A stretch of 64,000 nt of DNA from a virus (IMGVR_UViG_3300028591_000150:1-64000); one strand, 5' to 3'; shown: positions 1 through 9,991, counted from the first letter of the stretch. Translations and numbers: made by a program. The notes: generated by a model not told the origin, from the sequence alone.

Positions 1-273
1 GTCTTGCGTGTGAATGTGGGGCATCGGGTTTTTGTCTGAGGGACGTGTTGCCTAAAAATCAACAACTTACGTTTTTGCATCGGCTATGGTCTTTGGGCTA
101 TTTTGCCGAGTATGGTCGTAAAATGCCTATAATTATGTCTTTTTTACAGGGAGAGCCGTGCCGTTTGGCTTTCTAAAGATGATTATCACATTTATCATAT
201 TTGGTACTGCAGAAATGTTTTCTAGAAAATTGTTAATTTAATATGTTGTGTTATTAAATTAAAAAGTTTTTTA

Positions 274-281
274 TATCTTTG
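274..281 (+). promoter_or_regulatory. Bacteroidetes -7 promoter element (TATCTTTG)
   Basis: Matches TAnnTTTG, 22 nt before the ATG at 304. Confidence 0.6.
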
Positions 282-303
282 CAGAAGAAAATCATCGAAA
301 TTT

Positions 304-963
304 ATGGAAAAGAAGAAATTTTCTTGGGAAAAGGTTGCTGTTTGTTTGCTTGATGCGCTGATAACGATGACAGTTATAGGAGTGGTGTACTTGATGCTGA
401 CGAGTTGCTCTTCGCCAAAGGCTTTGGAGGAACGCCATCACTACAACAGCGAGTTTGACTCGATTGCTGTAAAATCCGTTGTGGACAAACGGCTGGACGA
501 GGTAAAAGAGCAGATGATTCGTGAGGTGACTAACAAGATATCAACTCAACAGACGGAGCAGAACAGCACCGAGCAGGAGCAGGAGCGCATTACAGAAACA
601 GTTACAACGTGGGTTGATTCGCTTGGCAGAGCTTTCCGCCAAGAGCAAAGGACTACCGAACGCGACATTTCACGACAACAGCAGCTGCGTGAAGAACGAA
701 TGCAGCAGGAATATGAGCAAAGGCTGATGACTGCTGTGGATAGTTTGAGTGCAGCCTGGAAGGAGCGATTTGACTCGGTATCGTTTCACAAGGAAGAGGC
801 TGACAGCAGTTTTGTATCTAAAACACCGACTGCAGACGACAATCGGCCTTGGTGGAAACAAGTTTTGGACGCAGCAAAATGGATGTTTGTCGGAGCAATA
901 GTTTTCGCAGTGATTTGGTTTACGAGAAAGCTATGGAGCCCTCTGTTGAAATTTTTCTCGTGA
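304..963 (+). CDS. Lipoprotein with C-terminal TM helix; candidate unimolecular spanin
   Basis: Hydrophobic N-terminus ending in lipobox LTSC, coiled-coil middle, C-terminal hydrophobic helix WMFVGAIVFAVIWF. Confidence 0.55.
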   Translation: MEKKKFSWEKVAVCLLDALITMTVIGVVYLMLTSCSSPKALEERHHYNSEFDSIAVKSVVDKRLDEVKEQMIREVTNKISTQQTEQNSTEQEQERITETVTTWVDSLGRAFRQEQRTTERDISRQQQLREERMQQEYEQRLMTAVDSLSAAWKERFDSVSFHKEEADSSFVSKTPTADDNRPWWKQVLDAAKWMFVGAIVFAVIWFTRKLWSPLLKFFS

Positions 964-1010
964 TAGAAGAAAGAATGGTGCGGTAAAAAATTGAATTATA
1001 TATAAAGGTC

Positions 1011-1763
1011 ATGGCGATAGTAAAATTCCATTATTACAAATTCAGCACTACAACCGAACTTGGTAAGGCTTTCAAAAAGTTGTGGAATAAGTGCAATAAA
1101 GCAGAGAAAGCGGCGGATAAGTTTGCGGCAAACGTTGGTGCCATAACGTACTACCCTACCGACTCTGCTTTTGCAGGAGGTGTGGCTTGTGTCGCTTTCA
1201 AGGACAATATATGCCCAAAGCCAAACCTATGGAAAAGCATAGGCAAGGATGCAGACGGGTTTGAACAATGGGTGCCGAATGTGAAGAAACGCATGTGCGA
1301 GCTGGCTCTGCCAAACGCAAACGTCAAACCAAGCGACGCGGCGAATCGTATATACAACAAGCAGCCAATAATGAAATCTTCTGGACAGATTGTGCTACCG
1401 TATGTGGAACTATACCGCGACGATATTCAGGTCAACAAGAAGCACCCCGAACGTAAGTTGCCATATTATGTAAGGGAGTCCATTCGCATAGAGAAGGCAA
1501 GGATGAAACTTCCAGAAGTAAGTGTCATTTCGATACTGACACTGCTTCAGGCAGACATTACGAACGGTAAGGATAACAATGGAAAACTGAACATAATAAA
1601 GCCGGTGACACCAACATTCTTCCAATATTCCAAGCAAATTTATGTAGGATGCGCCTATCCGTGCAAGGCCAATGGGCTAACGGAAATCAGCATGGGCGAC
1701 TATGTGGAAATGGAAAAGGAAGTCAGGGCTATGATGAGGGATTTGAAAAAAATGAAAAGTTGA
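1011..1763 (+). CDS. Hypothetical phage protein
   Basis: 250-aa ORF, AT-rich start, in operon. Confidence 0.75.
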   Translation: MAIVKFHYYKFSTTTELGKAFKKLWNKCNKAEKAADKFAANVGAITYYPTDSAFAGGVACVAFKDNICPKPNLWKSIGKDADGFEQWVPNVKKRMCELALPNANVKPSDAANRIYNKQPIMKSSGQIVLPYVELYRDDIQVNKKHPERKLPYYVRESIRIEKARMKLPEVSVISILTLLQADITNGKDNNGKLNIIKPVTPTFFQYSKQIYVGCAYPCKANGLTEISMGDYVEMEKEVRAMMRDLKKMKS

Positions 1764-1767
1764 GGAA

Positions 1768-2100
1768 ATGGAAATATTTGACCTTCACAAAACGCAGGAA
1801 ATGCAGAAGGACAAGATAGAGGTCCTTCATAAGCAGCAGCAAAAGCAGGAGTTCAAACTGATAGGTCGAGTCAGAAGAGTTCCAGGTCTCACCATGTACA
1901 GTTACAACTTGAAGATAGGAGAAATTAAGGTTGCGGAAATTGAGCAATGTAAAAGCATCGACTATACAACAAGAAAGCCTTTGACCAATGCAAAGATCTT
2001 GATAGAAAAAGATTGCATTTACCGCCAAGCCTTAAACATAAGAAACTTCGTTAAACGATTGGTCCGCGAAGGTGTGCCTGTCAAAGTAAATTCAAATTGA
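1768..2100 (+). CDS. Hypothetical phage protein
   Basis: 110-aa ORF starting 4 nt after the previous stop. Confidence 0.7.
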   Translation: MEIFDLHKTQEMQKDKIEVLHKQQQKQEFKLIGRVRRVPGLTMYSYNLKIGEIKVAEIEQCKSIDYTTRKPLTNAKILIEKDCIYRQALNIRNFVKRLVREGVPVKVNSN

Positions 2101-2129
2101 TTTCTCGATTTACAATTTGTCTAGAAGAT

Positions 2130-2936
2130 ATGGCTAACATATATTTAAAAGTACCGACTTATGTGGCACAATGGTACAGGGGACGGGTTGTACCTTCACC
2201 ACCGCTGACGGAGTTTCAACCTGTGGAGTTCTCACGATTTCAGGAAGAATATGCAATGATGGATTCGTGGTTGACGTTTGTCGCAGAACAGGATATGAAC
2301 CATACTGTTTGTTTCTCTGAGCGCATGTGGAAGAATATGCTTAATGGGAAGAAGCCGCAAGGTGGGAAGGTGATACTGAAGCGCGATCCTAAGACGTGGC
2401 TGACGACGGACGAGATAAACTTCCTGACCGGCACGAAGCGCAACAGGAAGTCCGACGGCTTCGACTACCTCTGCATCGCCGCCCCGAGGGTGATGGTCAT
2501 CGGCGGGTGCTACAAGCAGGTGACTGGTTCGTTCACACTGCTCTTTGAACAGGCCAACGCGATGACCCGACAACTCAGGCGGGAGTTCCTGCGCTTCTTC
2601 CTGCACTGGATATGCGAGGAGCTGTTTGTCTGCGACAAGCGGGGCATCCGTTTCGACTCTAAAATCGGTAGGGACGTGGTGATGTGCATTGAGCACTTCT
2701 TCTACCATTATAATATGTGTCTTGGTACGAATGCAACAGACCGTGATTCTATGCGAAGGATGGCAAAGAGATGGTTATGGGAGGCCAAGATGCTGCCAAG
2801 TGACATCACAGACGAAGAAGTATTGTTTTTCTACGAAAAGGAGGAACGACGTCGTGGGAAAAACATAGACGAGTTAATAGATGGCACGAGAAAAGTCAAT
2901 CGTATGAATTATAATAAATGTAAAAACGTTACTTAA
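2130..2936 (+). CDS. Hypothetical protein (possible late-transcription regulator, by position only)
   Basis: ATG start MANIYLKVP at 2130; lies upstream of the head module. Confidence 0.65.
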   Translation: MANIYLKVPTYVAQWYRGRVVPSPPLTEFQPVEFSRFQEEYAMMDSWLTFVAEQDMNHTVCFSERMWKNMLNGKKPQGGKVILKRDPKTWLTTDEINFLTGTKRNRKSDGFDYLCIAAPRVMVIGGCYKQVTGSFTLLFEQANAMTRQLRREFLRFFLHWICEELFVCDKRGIRFDSKIGRDVVMCIEHFFYHYNMCLGTNATDRDSMRRMAKRWLWEAKMLPSDITDEEVLFFYEKEERRRGKNIDELIDGTRKVNRMNYNKCKNVT

Positions 2937-3030
2937 CAAACCTTAAAAAACACAAGAAAAAGACTAATTTATTGTCCAAGTCTAAAAAAGATAGAAAATA
3001 ATCATAAACCAACCCCAAACCATTAGAAGT

Positions 3031-3555
3031 ATGACACAGAATGAAGAATGTTTGGAATTATTGATGCAGGACGTTGTTCGCATAGACATTATGCCATACA
3101 CTGCTCTGAAAGTGAATACTCCGTTCAACGTGCAAAACATCACAGAAACAGATGTGACGATGCTTGACGGTTCGGAGATAACCGACGCCTACCTACATCT
3201 CGACTCGCTTCTCAGCCTGAACCTTAGCGGTGATGACACGGCTGATGCAGAGATGAAGGAAAGTCTTCAGCACAAGGTTGTTGAGAAAAGGGATATATCG
3301 GGAATTGTCAGAACGCATACGTTACAAATTCCGATAGAAAGTGGATTTCAAGTTGTTAGAGCAAAACAGCCATATCTAAAATATACAGATTTCCATATTG
3401 TACTAACCACTTATGATGGCAAACGATACCTGGCATACGGACTGCCAAACACCAGTCAGTTCACTATCGAGGAACAGATGGGGCAGTCTTCACAGATGAG
3501 CATTAAGGTCACTTTAATGTCAATGAGCGGCTTCATCCGCATAAGCAATATCTGA
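3031..3555 (+). CDS. Hypothetical protein, possibly a minor structural protein
   Basis: 174-aa beta-rich ORF followed by a terminator. Confidence 0.65.
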   Translation: MTQNEECLELLMQDVVRIDIMPYTALKVNTPFNVQNITETDVTMLDGSEITDAYLHLDSLLSLNLSGDDTADAEMKESLQHKVVEKRDISGIVRTHTLQIPIESGFQVVRAKQPYLKYTDFHIVLTTYDGKRYLAYGLPNTSQFTIEEQMGQSSQMSIKVTLMSMSGFIRISNI

Positions 3556-3620
3556 ACTATGTATAATATAATATAATAATAATGTAAAAAAAAGGAAGTT
3601 GATATTCAGTCATGTTTTGC

Positions 3621-3655
3621 GGCAGGTGGTCCGAGAGGATAGCCTGCCTTTTTTT
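3621..3655 (+). terminator. Rho-independent terminator
   Basis: GGCAGG/CCTGCC stem followed by a T run. Confidence 0.75.
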
Positions 3656-3718
3656 GTTTGGTTTTAGAAAATCTTCAACGTCGGTTTTGCCCGTTTTTCT
3701 GGCGAAACCGCTGTTTTT

Positions 3719-3753
3719 TATCCACTTCATGCCCATTCATTTGTTGAATTTTG
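3719..3753 (+). promoter_or_regulatory. Degenerate late-type promoter of the head operon (TATCCA-N21-GAATTTTG)
   Basis: Same 21-nt spacing as the TGTCCG-N21-TAnnTTTG family; 2 mismatches in the upstream box, 1 in the -7 box. Confidence 0.5.
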
Positions 3754-3781
3754 CAAACAGAAATTTCAAACACAAATATTT

Positions 3782-5485
3782 ATGAATGGACTTTTTGAAA
3801 TACTCAGCAACAAGGAGTGGATGATTCAGCAGAAGTTTCTGCACAGCATCCTGCCTACGCTGCAGTACAACATCACCAATCACGCCACACTCGGCATCGA
3901 GCGCGAGAAGAAGTCGCCCATGGCCATCGGTCAGAAGGGACAGGACTTCATTCGCGAGTATCAGGTGACACAGGATGGTAAGACGCACGGTCGTTATGGC
4001 TGGCGCGGCGACAGCCTGTCAGAGTTGAATGAACCTTTCGTCAATGTCATGCCTGTTGACGGACCTATTACCCGCAATGGCGGCGCCTGCAGCTACGGGT
4101 CGATGGAAATCCGCGACTGGATGATGGAGGCTGCTAACAATCCCGCTTGTCAGGGTCACGTATTGAACATCAACACCCCTGGCGGCAGTGCTTGGGCCAA
4201 GAACGACTTCCAGCAGGGCATCGACTATGCCCACGCCCGTGGCCAGCGCGTCATCGCCTTCATCGACGGCCTTTGCGCTTCGGCAGGTATGTATCTCGCT
4301 GCGCTCTGCGACGAGGTGTATGTAATGAACCCGAAAGACAAGCTGGGCTGCGTCGGCGTGATGGCTGCATTCTGCACCATGAAGAGCGGAGATAAGTTTA
4401 TGTCGGGCGAGACTTACCGCGAATACTACGCCACCAAGAGCATCAACAAGAATAAGAATATGCGCGACATCGCCGAGAACGACGATGCTAAGCTGCTTAT
4501 CGAAGAGCTCGACAAGCTGGAGGCAGAGTTCCGTGCCGACATGAAGGCCGCTTTCCCCAATGCCAAGGACGAGCATCTGGACGGCAAGGTATTCGATGCC
4601 AAGGACGTGATGGGCATCCTGTGCGACGGTCAGATGATGCTCGGTCAGGTAATCAGCCGCGTGTTCAACCTCGCCAACGGCACAGAGCAGCCCATCGAGC
4701 GCACTGCAGGCCGCAAGATGGGCGAGATGCAGAAGCCGTCTGCAAAGAAGGAACCGATGCAGCAGGCTCTCGCTGCTGGCGAGAAGACCGCTGATGAAAT
4801 TGACAACATTTTGTCTAACAAAAATACTGTAAACATGAAAGAACAATTCCCCGCAGTGTTTGCACTTCTCGAAGTAGAGGAGATGCAGGTTTCGGAGGAG
4901 GGCACATTCTTCAACAAGGACCTGCTCGCCACTCTGAACGCAAACATCGAGGCGGCACAGAAGGAATCTGCTGATGCAAAGGCATTGGTGGAGAGCCTGA
5001 CCGCCGAGAAGAACGAGTTGACCGCTAAGGTCGAGGAACTGACAGCGCAAGCTGAGACTAAGGAGGCAGAGCACGCCAAGGCCATCGAAGACCTGAACGC
5101 CGCTCACGCTACCGCTATCGAAGAGAAGGACAATGCCATCGCTGCACTGGAGCAGGAGAAGGCTGACCTGCAAGGCGAGGTCAATGCAAAGGCTGAAAAC
5201 ATCGAGGCCATGCAGACTGAGATGAACGGCACAAAGGAAAGCCTCGCGCAAGCAGAGGGCATCATCGCCGAGCGCGACCAGCAGATTGCCGACCTGAACG
5301 CACAGGTTTCCGAGTTGCAGAACACCCCAGGCGAAGGCGCTCAGGCTGGTGCTGCTCCCGCAAACAACGGAACTGGTGCAGAGGCGGCAGGCGTTGCCAT
5401 CAGCACACAATACGTCATGGACCCCAGCAAGTCCTATGAAGAGAACATGAAGGCCAAGAAGGAGTGGGAAGAAGCTCACAAGTAA
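3782..5485 (+). CDS. S49-family prohead protease fused to a coiled-coil scaffold domain
   Basis: S49/ClpP-like motifs INTPGGS, CASAGMYLA, GCVGV; acidic coiled-coil C-terminal third; immediately before capsid. Confidence 0.88.
   Translation: MNGLFEILSNKEWMIQQKFLHSILPTLQYNITNHATLGIEREKKSPMAIGQKGQDFIREYQVTQDGKTHGRYGWRGDSLSELNEPFVNVMPVDGPITRNGGACSYGSMEIRDWMMEAANNPACQGHVLNINTPGGSAWAKNDFQQGIDYAHARGQRVIAFIDGLCASAGMYLAALCDEVYVMNPKDKLGCVGVMAAFCTMKSGDKFMSGETYREYYATKSINKNKNMRDIAENDDAKLLIEELDKLEAEFRADMKAAFPNAKDEHLDGKVFDAKDVMGILCDGQMMLGQVISRVFNLANGTEQPIERTAGRKMGEMQKPSAKKEPMQQALAAGEKTADEIDNILSNKNTVNMKEQFPAVFALLEVEEMQVSEEGTFFNKDLLATLNANIEAAQKESADAKALVESLTAEKNELTAKVEELTAQAETKEAEHAKAIEDLNAAHATAIEEKDNAIAALEQEKADLQGEVNAKAENIEAMQTEMNGTKESLAQAEGIIAERDQQIADLNAQVSELQNTPGEGAQAGAAPANNGTGAEAAGVAISTQYVMDPSKSYEENMKAKKEWEEAHK
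4835..5485 (+). CDS. Putative nested in-frame scaffolding protein (internal start MKEQF)
   Basis: In-frame ATG preceded by AT-rich AACAAAAATACTGTAAAC inside an otherwise GC-rich gene; same layout as lambda C/Nu3. Confidence 0.6.
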   Translation: MKEQFPAVFALLEVEEMQVSEEGTFFNKDLLATLNANIEAAQKESADAKALVESLTAEKNELTAKVEELTAQAETKEAEHAKAIEDLNAAHATAIEEKDNAIAALEQEKADLQGEVNAKAENIEAMQTEMNGTKESLAQAEGIIAERDQQIADLNAQVSELQNTPGEGAQAGAAPANNGTGAEAAGVAISTQYVMDPSKSYEENMKAKKEWEEAHK

Positions 5486-5552
5486 GCCTTCGACGAACAC
5501 GGAAAACCTTTTTAATTAACTCAATTTATTCACCATCAATTCATTAAAAACT

Positions 5553-6842
5553 ATGGCATTTATCGGAATTGACAATTTGACCCATGTGAAGGACCGTCTT
5601 CAAACTAACATAATCATGGGTCCTGCGTATTACAGCGCAGACGAGTTGAAGCGCATGGCCATCAAGGTCATCACTGGTGTGGAGTTCAAGGACACCGCTA
5701 CCATCTTCAACCGCAAGGGTGGCACCGCTCGCCGCAAGGTGGTAGGTCAGTCACAGAACTCTGCACTTGGTTATCTGACCGAGCGCGTACTCGAAGCCCA
5801 CATTGTGTGGGATCACTACACAGCCAACGAGGACGACTTCCAAGAAAAGCCCGTGATGATTACCATCAACGGTTCTGCTCAGGCTTCCTTCCCCAAGACA
5901 GAGGATTTCGTCAACCAGATTGGCATTGCGTTCAACGACAACGTATTCCCCTGCATCTGGCATGGCGACGAGAACAGCGCAAAGGCCGAAATGGCTCTGT
6001 TCAACGGTCTGCACGCCAACCTCGACAAGGACATCGCCAATGGCGAAGTTTCCGAGGCTGCAGGCAACCTGATTCCCTGCGCAGCTCTCGATTCTCCTGC
6101 ATCAGAGGGCGACAGCTCTGCATGGGAAGAGTTCGTGAAGTGGTACAACAAGTGGCATCCTGCATTGAAGCGCCGCGAAACTGTTGTCTATATGAGCACC
6201 GCTTATGGCAACTATCTCGCAGATGCTTACGAGCAGAAGCATCGTAGCCACCTTGCCGTGAACTTCATCCCCGACGCAAACGGCAACTTCAAGGTACGCG
6301 AGTACCCGAAGATTACGTTCTGCCCCAGCGACGACTTCGGCGAAGGCACACGTATGATTGCCACCATCCCTGGCAACATGGAGTTTGGTGTAAACAACGA
6401 GGGCGATCAGTCATTCGTTAGCATCATGCACGGCGACCCCACTCCTGGCGGCGACCACAAGACCATCACGTTCCAGATTCAGGGCGTGTTCGGCACCCGC
6501 ATCCTCCGCATCAATGCTGCCTGCTTCGTTACCAACGGCGGCACCATCGAGGACAAGTATTGGTCTGGCGACTACCAGAAGGACAGCTTCACCGTTGTTG
6601 CCAACAATGCAGAATACGGTGACGTAAGCGTTTCTCCCGCTCCAGTGAACGGCGAGTATGCTAAGGGTACGACCCTGACCATTACCGCTACTCCGAAGGC
6701 TGGCTACAAGTTCGTGAAGTGGGCAGGCGCAAGCAACGCTACCACCGCTACGGCTAACGTCGTAACGAAGGGTCAGCCTGAAAGCGCAGTCGCTATCTTC
6801 GAGGCCGACGGCGGTTCCAGTGACGCCGGTTCCAGTGACTAA
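5553..6842 (+). CDS. Major capsid protein with C-terminal Ig-like (InlB B-repeat/Flg_new-like) domain and GSSDAGSSD tail
   Basis: Position after protease/scaffold, 429 aa, strong codon bias, C-terminal pattern TLTITATPKAGYKFVKW, followed by a stem-loop. Confidence 0.82.
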   Translation: MAFIGIDNLTHVKDRLQTNIIMGPAYYSADELKRMAIKVITGVEFKDTATIFNRKGGTARRKVVGQSQNSALGYLTERVLEAHIVWDHYTANEDDFQEKPVMITINGSAQASFPKTEDFVNQIGIAFNDNVFPCIWHGDENSAKAEMALFNGLHANLDKDIANGEVSEAAGNLIPCAALDSPASEGDSSAWEEFVKWYNKWHPALKRRETVVYMSTAYGNYLADAYEQKHRSHLAVNFIPDANGNFKVREYPKITFCPSDDFGEGTRMIATIPGNMEFGVNNEGDQSFVSIMHGDPTPGGDHKTITFQIQGVFGTRILRINAACFVTNGGTIEDKYWSGDYQKDSFTVVANNAEYGDVSVSPAPVNGEYAKGTTLTITATPKAGYKFVKWAGASNATTATANVVTKGQPESAVAIFEADGGSSDAGSSD

Positions 6843-6852
6843 ACTCTAGCAA

Positions 6853-6906
6853 GGGGGTAAGGGCGGCAGTGCTATATCGCCCACTGTGCCTGCCCTCCCC
6901 TTTTTC
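6853..6906 (+). terminator. Terminator or stabilising hairpin after capsid gene
   Basis: Imperfect GC-rich stem GGGG..GGGCGGCAGTG/CACTG..GCCCTCCCC with T run. Confidence 0.6.
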
Positions 6907-6942
6907 TCCTGTCAACACAAAAACTAATTTAAAAAAAAGATT

Positions 6943-7500
6943 ATGCCACAAGAAAATTGCCCAACACTGATGCACTACAGCGCAGCTGAGGAGTGCATGG
7001 AGAACCTGGCTGGTCTCGGCGAAGTGGTCTATATCGGTCTTCGAGGTGACTTGAAAACTCCAATGGCCGCCACAGACAACCTCTATGCGACCCCTTCTTT
7101 TAAGGACACCAAAGGGTTGTACAAGTTCGACCTGAAAGAGGAAGCTCAAAAGATTGCAGGCGAAAGTCAAGGAAAGCGCAAGGGCTACAACATCACAGGT
7201 ACTATGGTATTTGACGGTGTTGATGCCAAAGTCTCAAAGATTCTTCGCGCCCTGAACAACCTTGACTGGTTTGCCATCTTCCCAGACCCAACCGGCGATG
7301 CCCAAATCATTTACGACCCCAACAAAAAGGTTCGCATTGACAGCGGCGGCGCCACCACTGACACGGGTGCAGCAGCAGCTGACGATCGTATTTCGACTGT
7401 GAATTTCATTCTCGGTCCAGTGAAATACCCCAACCTTTTTGTCAGTGCTCCAGCAGACGGATGGGATTCGCTGCTTGAAGGCGTTTCTTCATCCGACTAA
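6943..7500 (+). CDS. Probable major tail tube protein
   Basis: 185 aa, beta-rich, follows capsid, own terminator; ends in GVSSSD. Confidence 0.65.
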   Translation: MPQENCPTLMHYSAAEECMENLAGLGEVVYIGLRGDLKTPMAATDNLYATPSFKDTKGLYKFDLKEEAQKIAGESQGKRKGYNITGTMVFDGVDAKVSKILRALNNLDWFAIFPDPTGDAQIIYDPNKKVRIDSGGATTDTGAAAADDRISTVNFILGPVKYPNLFVSAPADGWDSLLEGVSSSD

Positions 7501-7522
7501 AAGTCCATCTCTGTTGAAAGTC

Positions 7523-7557
7523 ACGACCCTCGTTGATAGTATCATCGGGGGTCGTTT
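7523..7557 (+). terminator. Rho-independent terminator
   Basis: ACGACCCTCG/CGGGGGTCGT stem followed by TTT. Confidence 0.65.
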
Positions 7558-7559
7558 CG

Positions 7560-7593
7560 TGTCCGCATCAATGATGAGATTTCGGTAATTTTG
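7560..7593 (+). promoter_or_regulatory. Late-type promoter of the glycosyltransferase cluster (TGTCCG-N20-TAATTTTG)
   Basis: Motif shared with six other morphogenesis promoters. Confidence 0.7.
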
Positions 7594-7613
7594 AAACAAA
7601 AAACAGTCGAAGT

Positions 7614-8519
7614 ATGACAATAGACTATGTAGTACCGATGGTTTTCCCACAAGATTTAATGTGGCGTCACGACTATTTGTCGGCGAATGGAATGTGGTGT
7701 GACGATAAAAGCACGCTCACCAACCAGCGCTACCGGACATGGGGGACAGAAGAGATACTTATACGTCTGATAAGGAAGAATTTGCCTTGGATTAGACGAA
7801 TACATATCCTTTTGGCGAGGCCGACACAGGTGCAGGATTGGATGAAGCCACTCCTTTCTGATGGCAAGCATCCTGATGTGAGAGTTGTATTTCATAAGTC
7901 CTTTATGCCTAAAGAGAAGTTGCCGACGTTTAACAGTCGCGCAATCGAGATGTATTTGCACCGCATTCCTGACCTTGCTCCGATGTTTCTTTATGGAAAC
8001 GATGACATGTTTCCACTAAGCCCAATGCCAGTGGATGATTTCTTCCGCAACGGTCTTCCCTGTTTGCATTTGAAGACGAAAGATTTCCCCTCACAACCAG
8101 GACAATATCACAAAGCTTGCCTCGGAGGTTTAAATTTCGTCGCGAGAAACTTCGGGAAGCACTATTGCACCACATGGCTTCACACAGGGCATAGCATTGC
8201 GCCGATGCTCCGTGCAACGATAGAAATGTTCTGGCAAAGATGGCCTGAAGATATGGAACGTAGTGTGACGACCTTCCGTCAGTCTTGGAATTTTAACCAG
8301 TATATCTACCTGTGGTGGCAATATCTATCAGGGCAGTACATAGATCATCACCCCGAGCGTGACTACGTGGCTACTAACCGACATTCTCCAGACGAGATTC
8401 GCAAGGCAATCGCAACAACAAATGGCATCCTCTGCATCAATGACCACGACGGTGCAGACGATTTGGAGCCATACGCACGAGTAGCAAGAGAAGGGCTGCG
8501 GTTTTGTCTCTCTAAATAA
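7614..8519 (+). CDS. Stealth-family hexose-1-phosphate transferase
   Basis: CR1-like IDYVVPMV; CR2 motifs NLPWIRRIH, PTFNSRAIE, FLYGNDDMF; CR4-like CIND. Confidence 0.88.
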   Translation: MTIDYVVPMVFPQDLMWRHDYLSANGMWCDDKSTLTNQRYRTWGTEEILIRLIRKNLPWIRRIHILLARPTQVQDWMKPLLSDGKHPDVRVVFHKSFMPKEKLPTFNSRAIEMYLHRIPDLAPMFLYGNDDMFPLSPMPVDDFFRNGLPCLHLKTKDFPSQPGQYHKACLGGLNFVARNFGKHYCTTWLHTGHSIAPMLRATIEMFWQRWPEDMERSVTTFRQSWNFNQYIYLWWQYLSGQYIDHHPERDYVATNRHSPDEIRKAIATTNGILCINDHDGADDLEPYARVAREGLRFCLSK

Positions 8520-8528
8520 GAAATCAAC

Positions 8529-9239
8529 ATGACACATATTACAGTCCTTACCGTCCACTTCAATACCCCTCGCATGATGGAGGCGTGCATCCGCTCTTTG
8601 GCCAAGCAAACGCCAGGCTGTCGTGTAGTTGTGATAGACAATAGCGACAAACAGCCTTTCAATGCTAAAAGATGTAAGGGCGTAGTCGCAAAAATTGAAG
8701 TGATAGACAATACCCGTGGTCAGCTCATCAACTTCGACCAGTGGCTACAACAATTCCCAGACCGAAAGCCAGCCAGCAGCAACTACGGCTCGCCAAAGCA
8801 TTGCAAGACCATCGACCTTTGTTTCGACATGCTGCCCGACGGCTTTATACTCATGGACTCCGACGTCCTCTTCAAGCGCGACATCACCCCGCTATGGGAC
8901 GAGACAAAGGCGTGGGTGGGCGAGCCGTTCCTCGACACGCCGAAGGGTGTTCACGTCATGCGCCTGCTGCCTTTCTTGTGCTACGTCAATGTGCCGATAT
9001 GCCGCGAGCACGGCATCCGCTATTTCAATGCCGAGTGGATGTGGCACCTCACGGCGCTCAGCCCGCAGAAATGGCACGACACAGGCGCATGGTTCTACAA
9101 GGACTGCATGGCCAAGCAGATGCCATACACAGCTGTCAAGACCGCCGACTACATAGAACATTATTTTCACGGCAGTCACGCCAACCTGAACGGCGGCATG
9201 TCGGAGTGGCTGCGCAAGTATAGACATCTTTGGATATGA
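8529..9239 (+). CDS. GT2-like (GT-A fold) glycosyltransferase
   Basis: VLTVHFNT...VVVIDNS N-terminus; DxD motif MDSDV. Confidence 0.8.
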   Translation: MTHITVLTVHFNTPRMMEACIRSLAKQTPGCRVVVIDNSDKQPFNAKRCKGVVAKIEVIDNTRGQLINFDQWLQQFPDRKPASSNYGSPKHCKTIDLCFDMLPDGFILMDSDVLFKRDITPLWDETKAWVGEPFLDTPKGVHVMRLLPFLCYVNVPICREHGIRYFNAEWMWHLTALSPQKWHDTGAWFYKDCMAKQMPYTAVKTADYIEHYFHGSHANLNGGMSEWLRKYRHLWI

Positions 9240-9991
9240 AAGTAGAAGTTTTCACCCTTTGTTGGAATGAGATTGACGTGCTGCCGTGGGTCGTTGACTA
9301 CTGGCAGAAGTATGCAACCCACGTGACGGTGTTCGACAACGGCTCGACCGACGGCAGCACGTGGTATCTTAGCAAGTTCGACTGGATAACGGTCAAGGAG
9401 TTTCTTACCGAGGGCATGAACGATGCTGTGCAGGCCGACATCAAGAACAAGTGCTGGAAAGGCTCTGATGCCGACTTCGTGGTGGTGTGCGACATGGACG
9501 AGATGCTCCTTGCGCCCGACATTCTGAAATCGCTGGAGAACATGAAGGCCAGCGGAGCCACCATCTGCAAGCCTGTGTGGTACGAGCTACAGGCTGAGGA
9601 GCGACCGAAATACGAAACTGGAAAGATGCTCCACGAGACGTCGCCGATGGCACGCCCGTTCCAGGACTTCTCGAAAGCCATCATCTTCGACCCCAAGGCC
9701 ATCACTAATATCGGCTACTCCGTCGGTGCCCATAAGTGCGACCCGCAAGGCAACGTGAAGTGGTACGAGGGGCAGGATATCTATGCCCTGCACATCAACC
9801 ACAACCTTTCCTTTGACTACAAGATTCAGCGTTACCGCTCGATGAACGCCAACCTCAGTCAGAAGAACAAGAACCAGCGATGGGGCATACACTACGGCTT
9901 CGACGAAGGGCTGCTGCGCCGAGCATGGGAAGAGGATGCCAAAAAACTTGTGGACTTCTGCCAGATAATGAAAGGATGCGGCAATGGGTAG
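9230..9991 (+). CDS. GT2-like glycosyltransferase
   Basis: FDNGSTDGS; DFVVVCDMDE DxD motif; overlaps upstream stop. Confidence 0.85.
   Translation: MDMKVEVFTLCWNEIDVLPWVVDYWQKYATHVTVFDNGSTDGSTWYLSKFDWITVKEFLTEGMNDAVQADIKNKCWKGSDADFVVVCDMDEMLLAPDILKSLENMKASGATICKPVWYELQAEERPKYETGKMLHETSPMARPFQDFSKAIIFDPKAITNIGYSVGAHKCDPQGNVKWYEGQDIYALHINHNLSFDYKIQRYRSMNANLSQKNKNQRWGIHYGFDEGLLRRAWEEDAKKLVDFCQIMKGCGNG

Noticed and set aside
2973-3007. TGTCCA as another late promoter
   Set aside because: No TAnnTTTG box 20-21 nt downstream
4019-5500. 493-aa antisense ORF, and other long shadow ORFs such as 28110..28994, 31365..32312, 39717..40712
   Set aside because: Lie opposite well-supported genes with strong codon bias; no motifs or promoters
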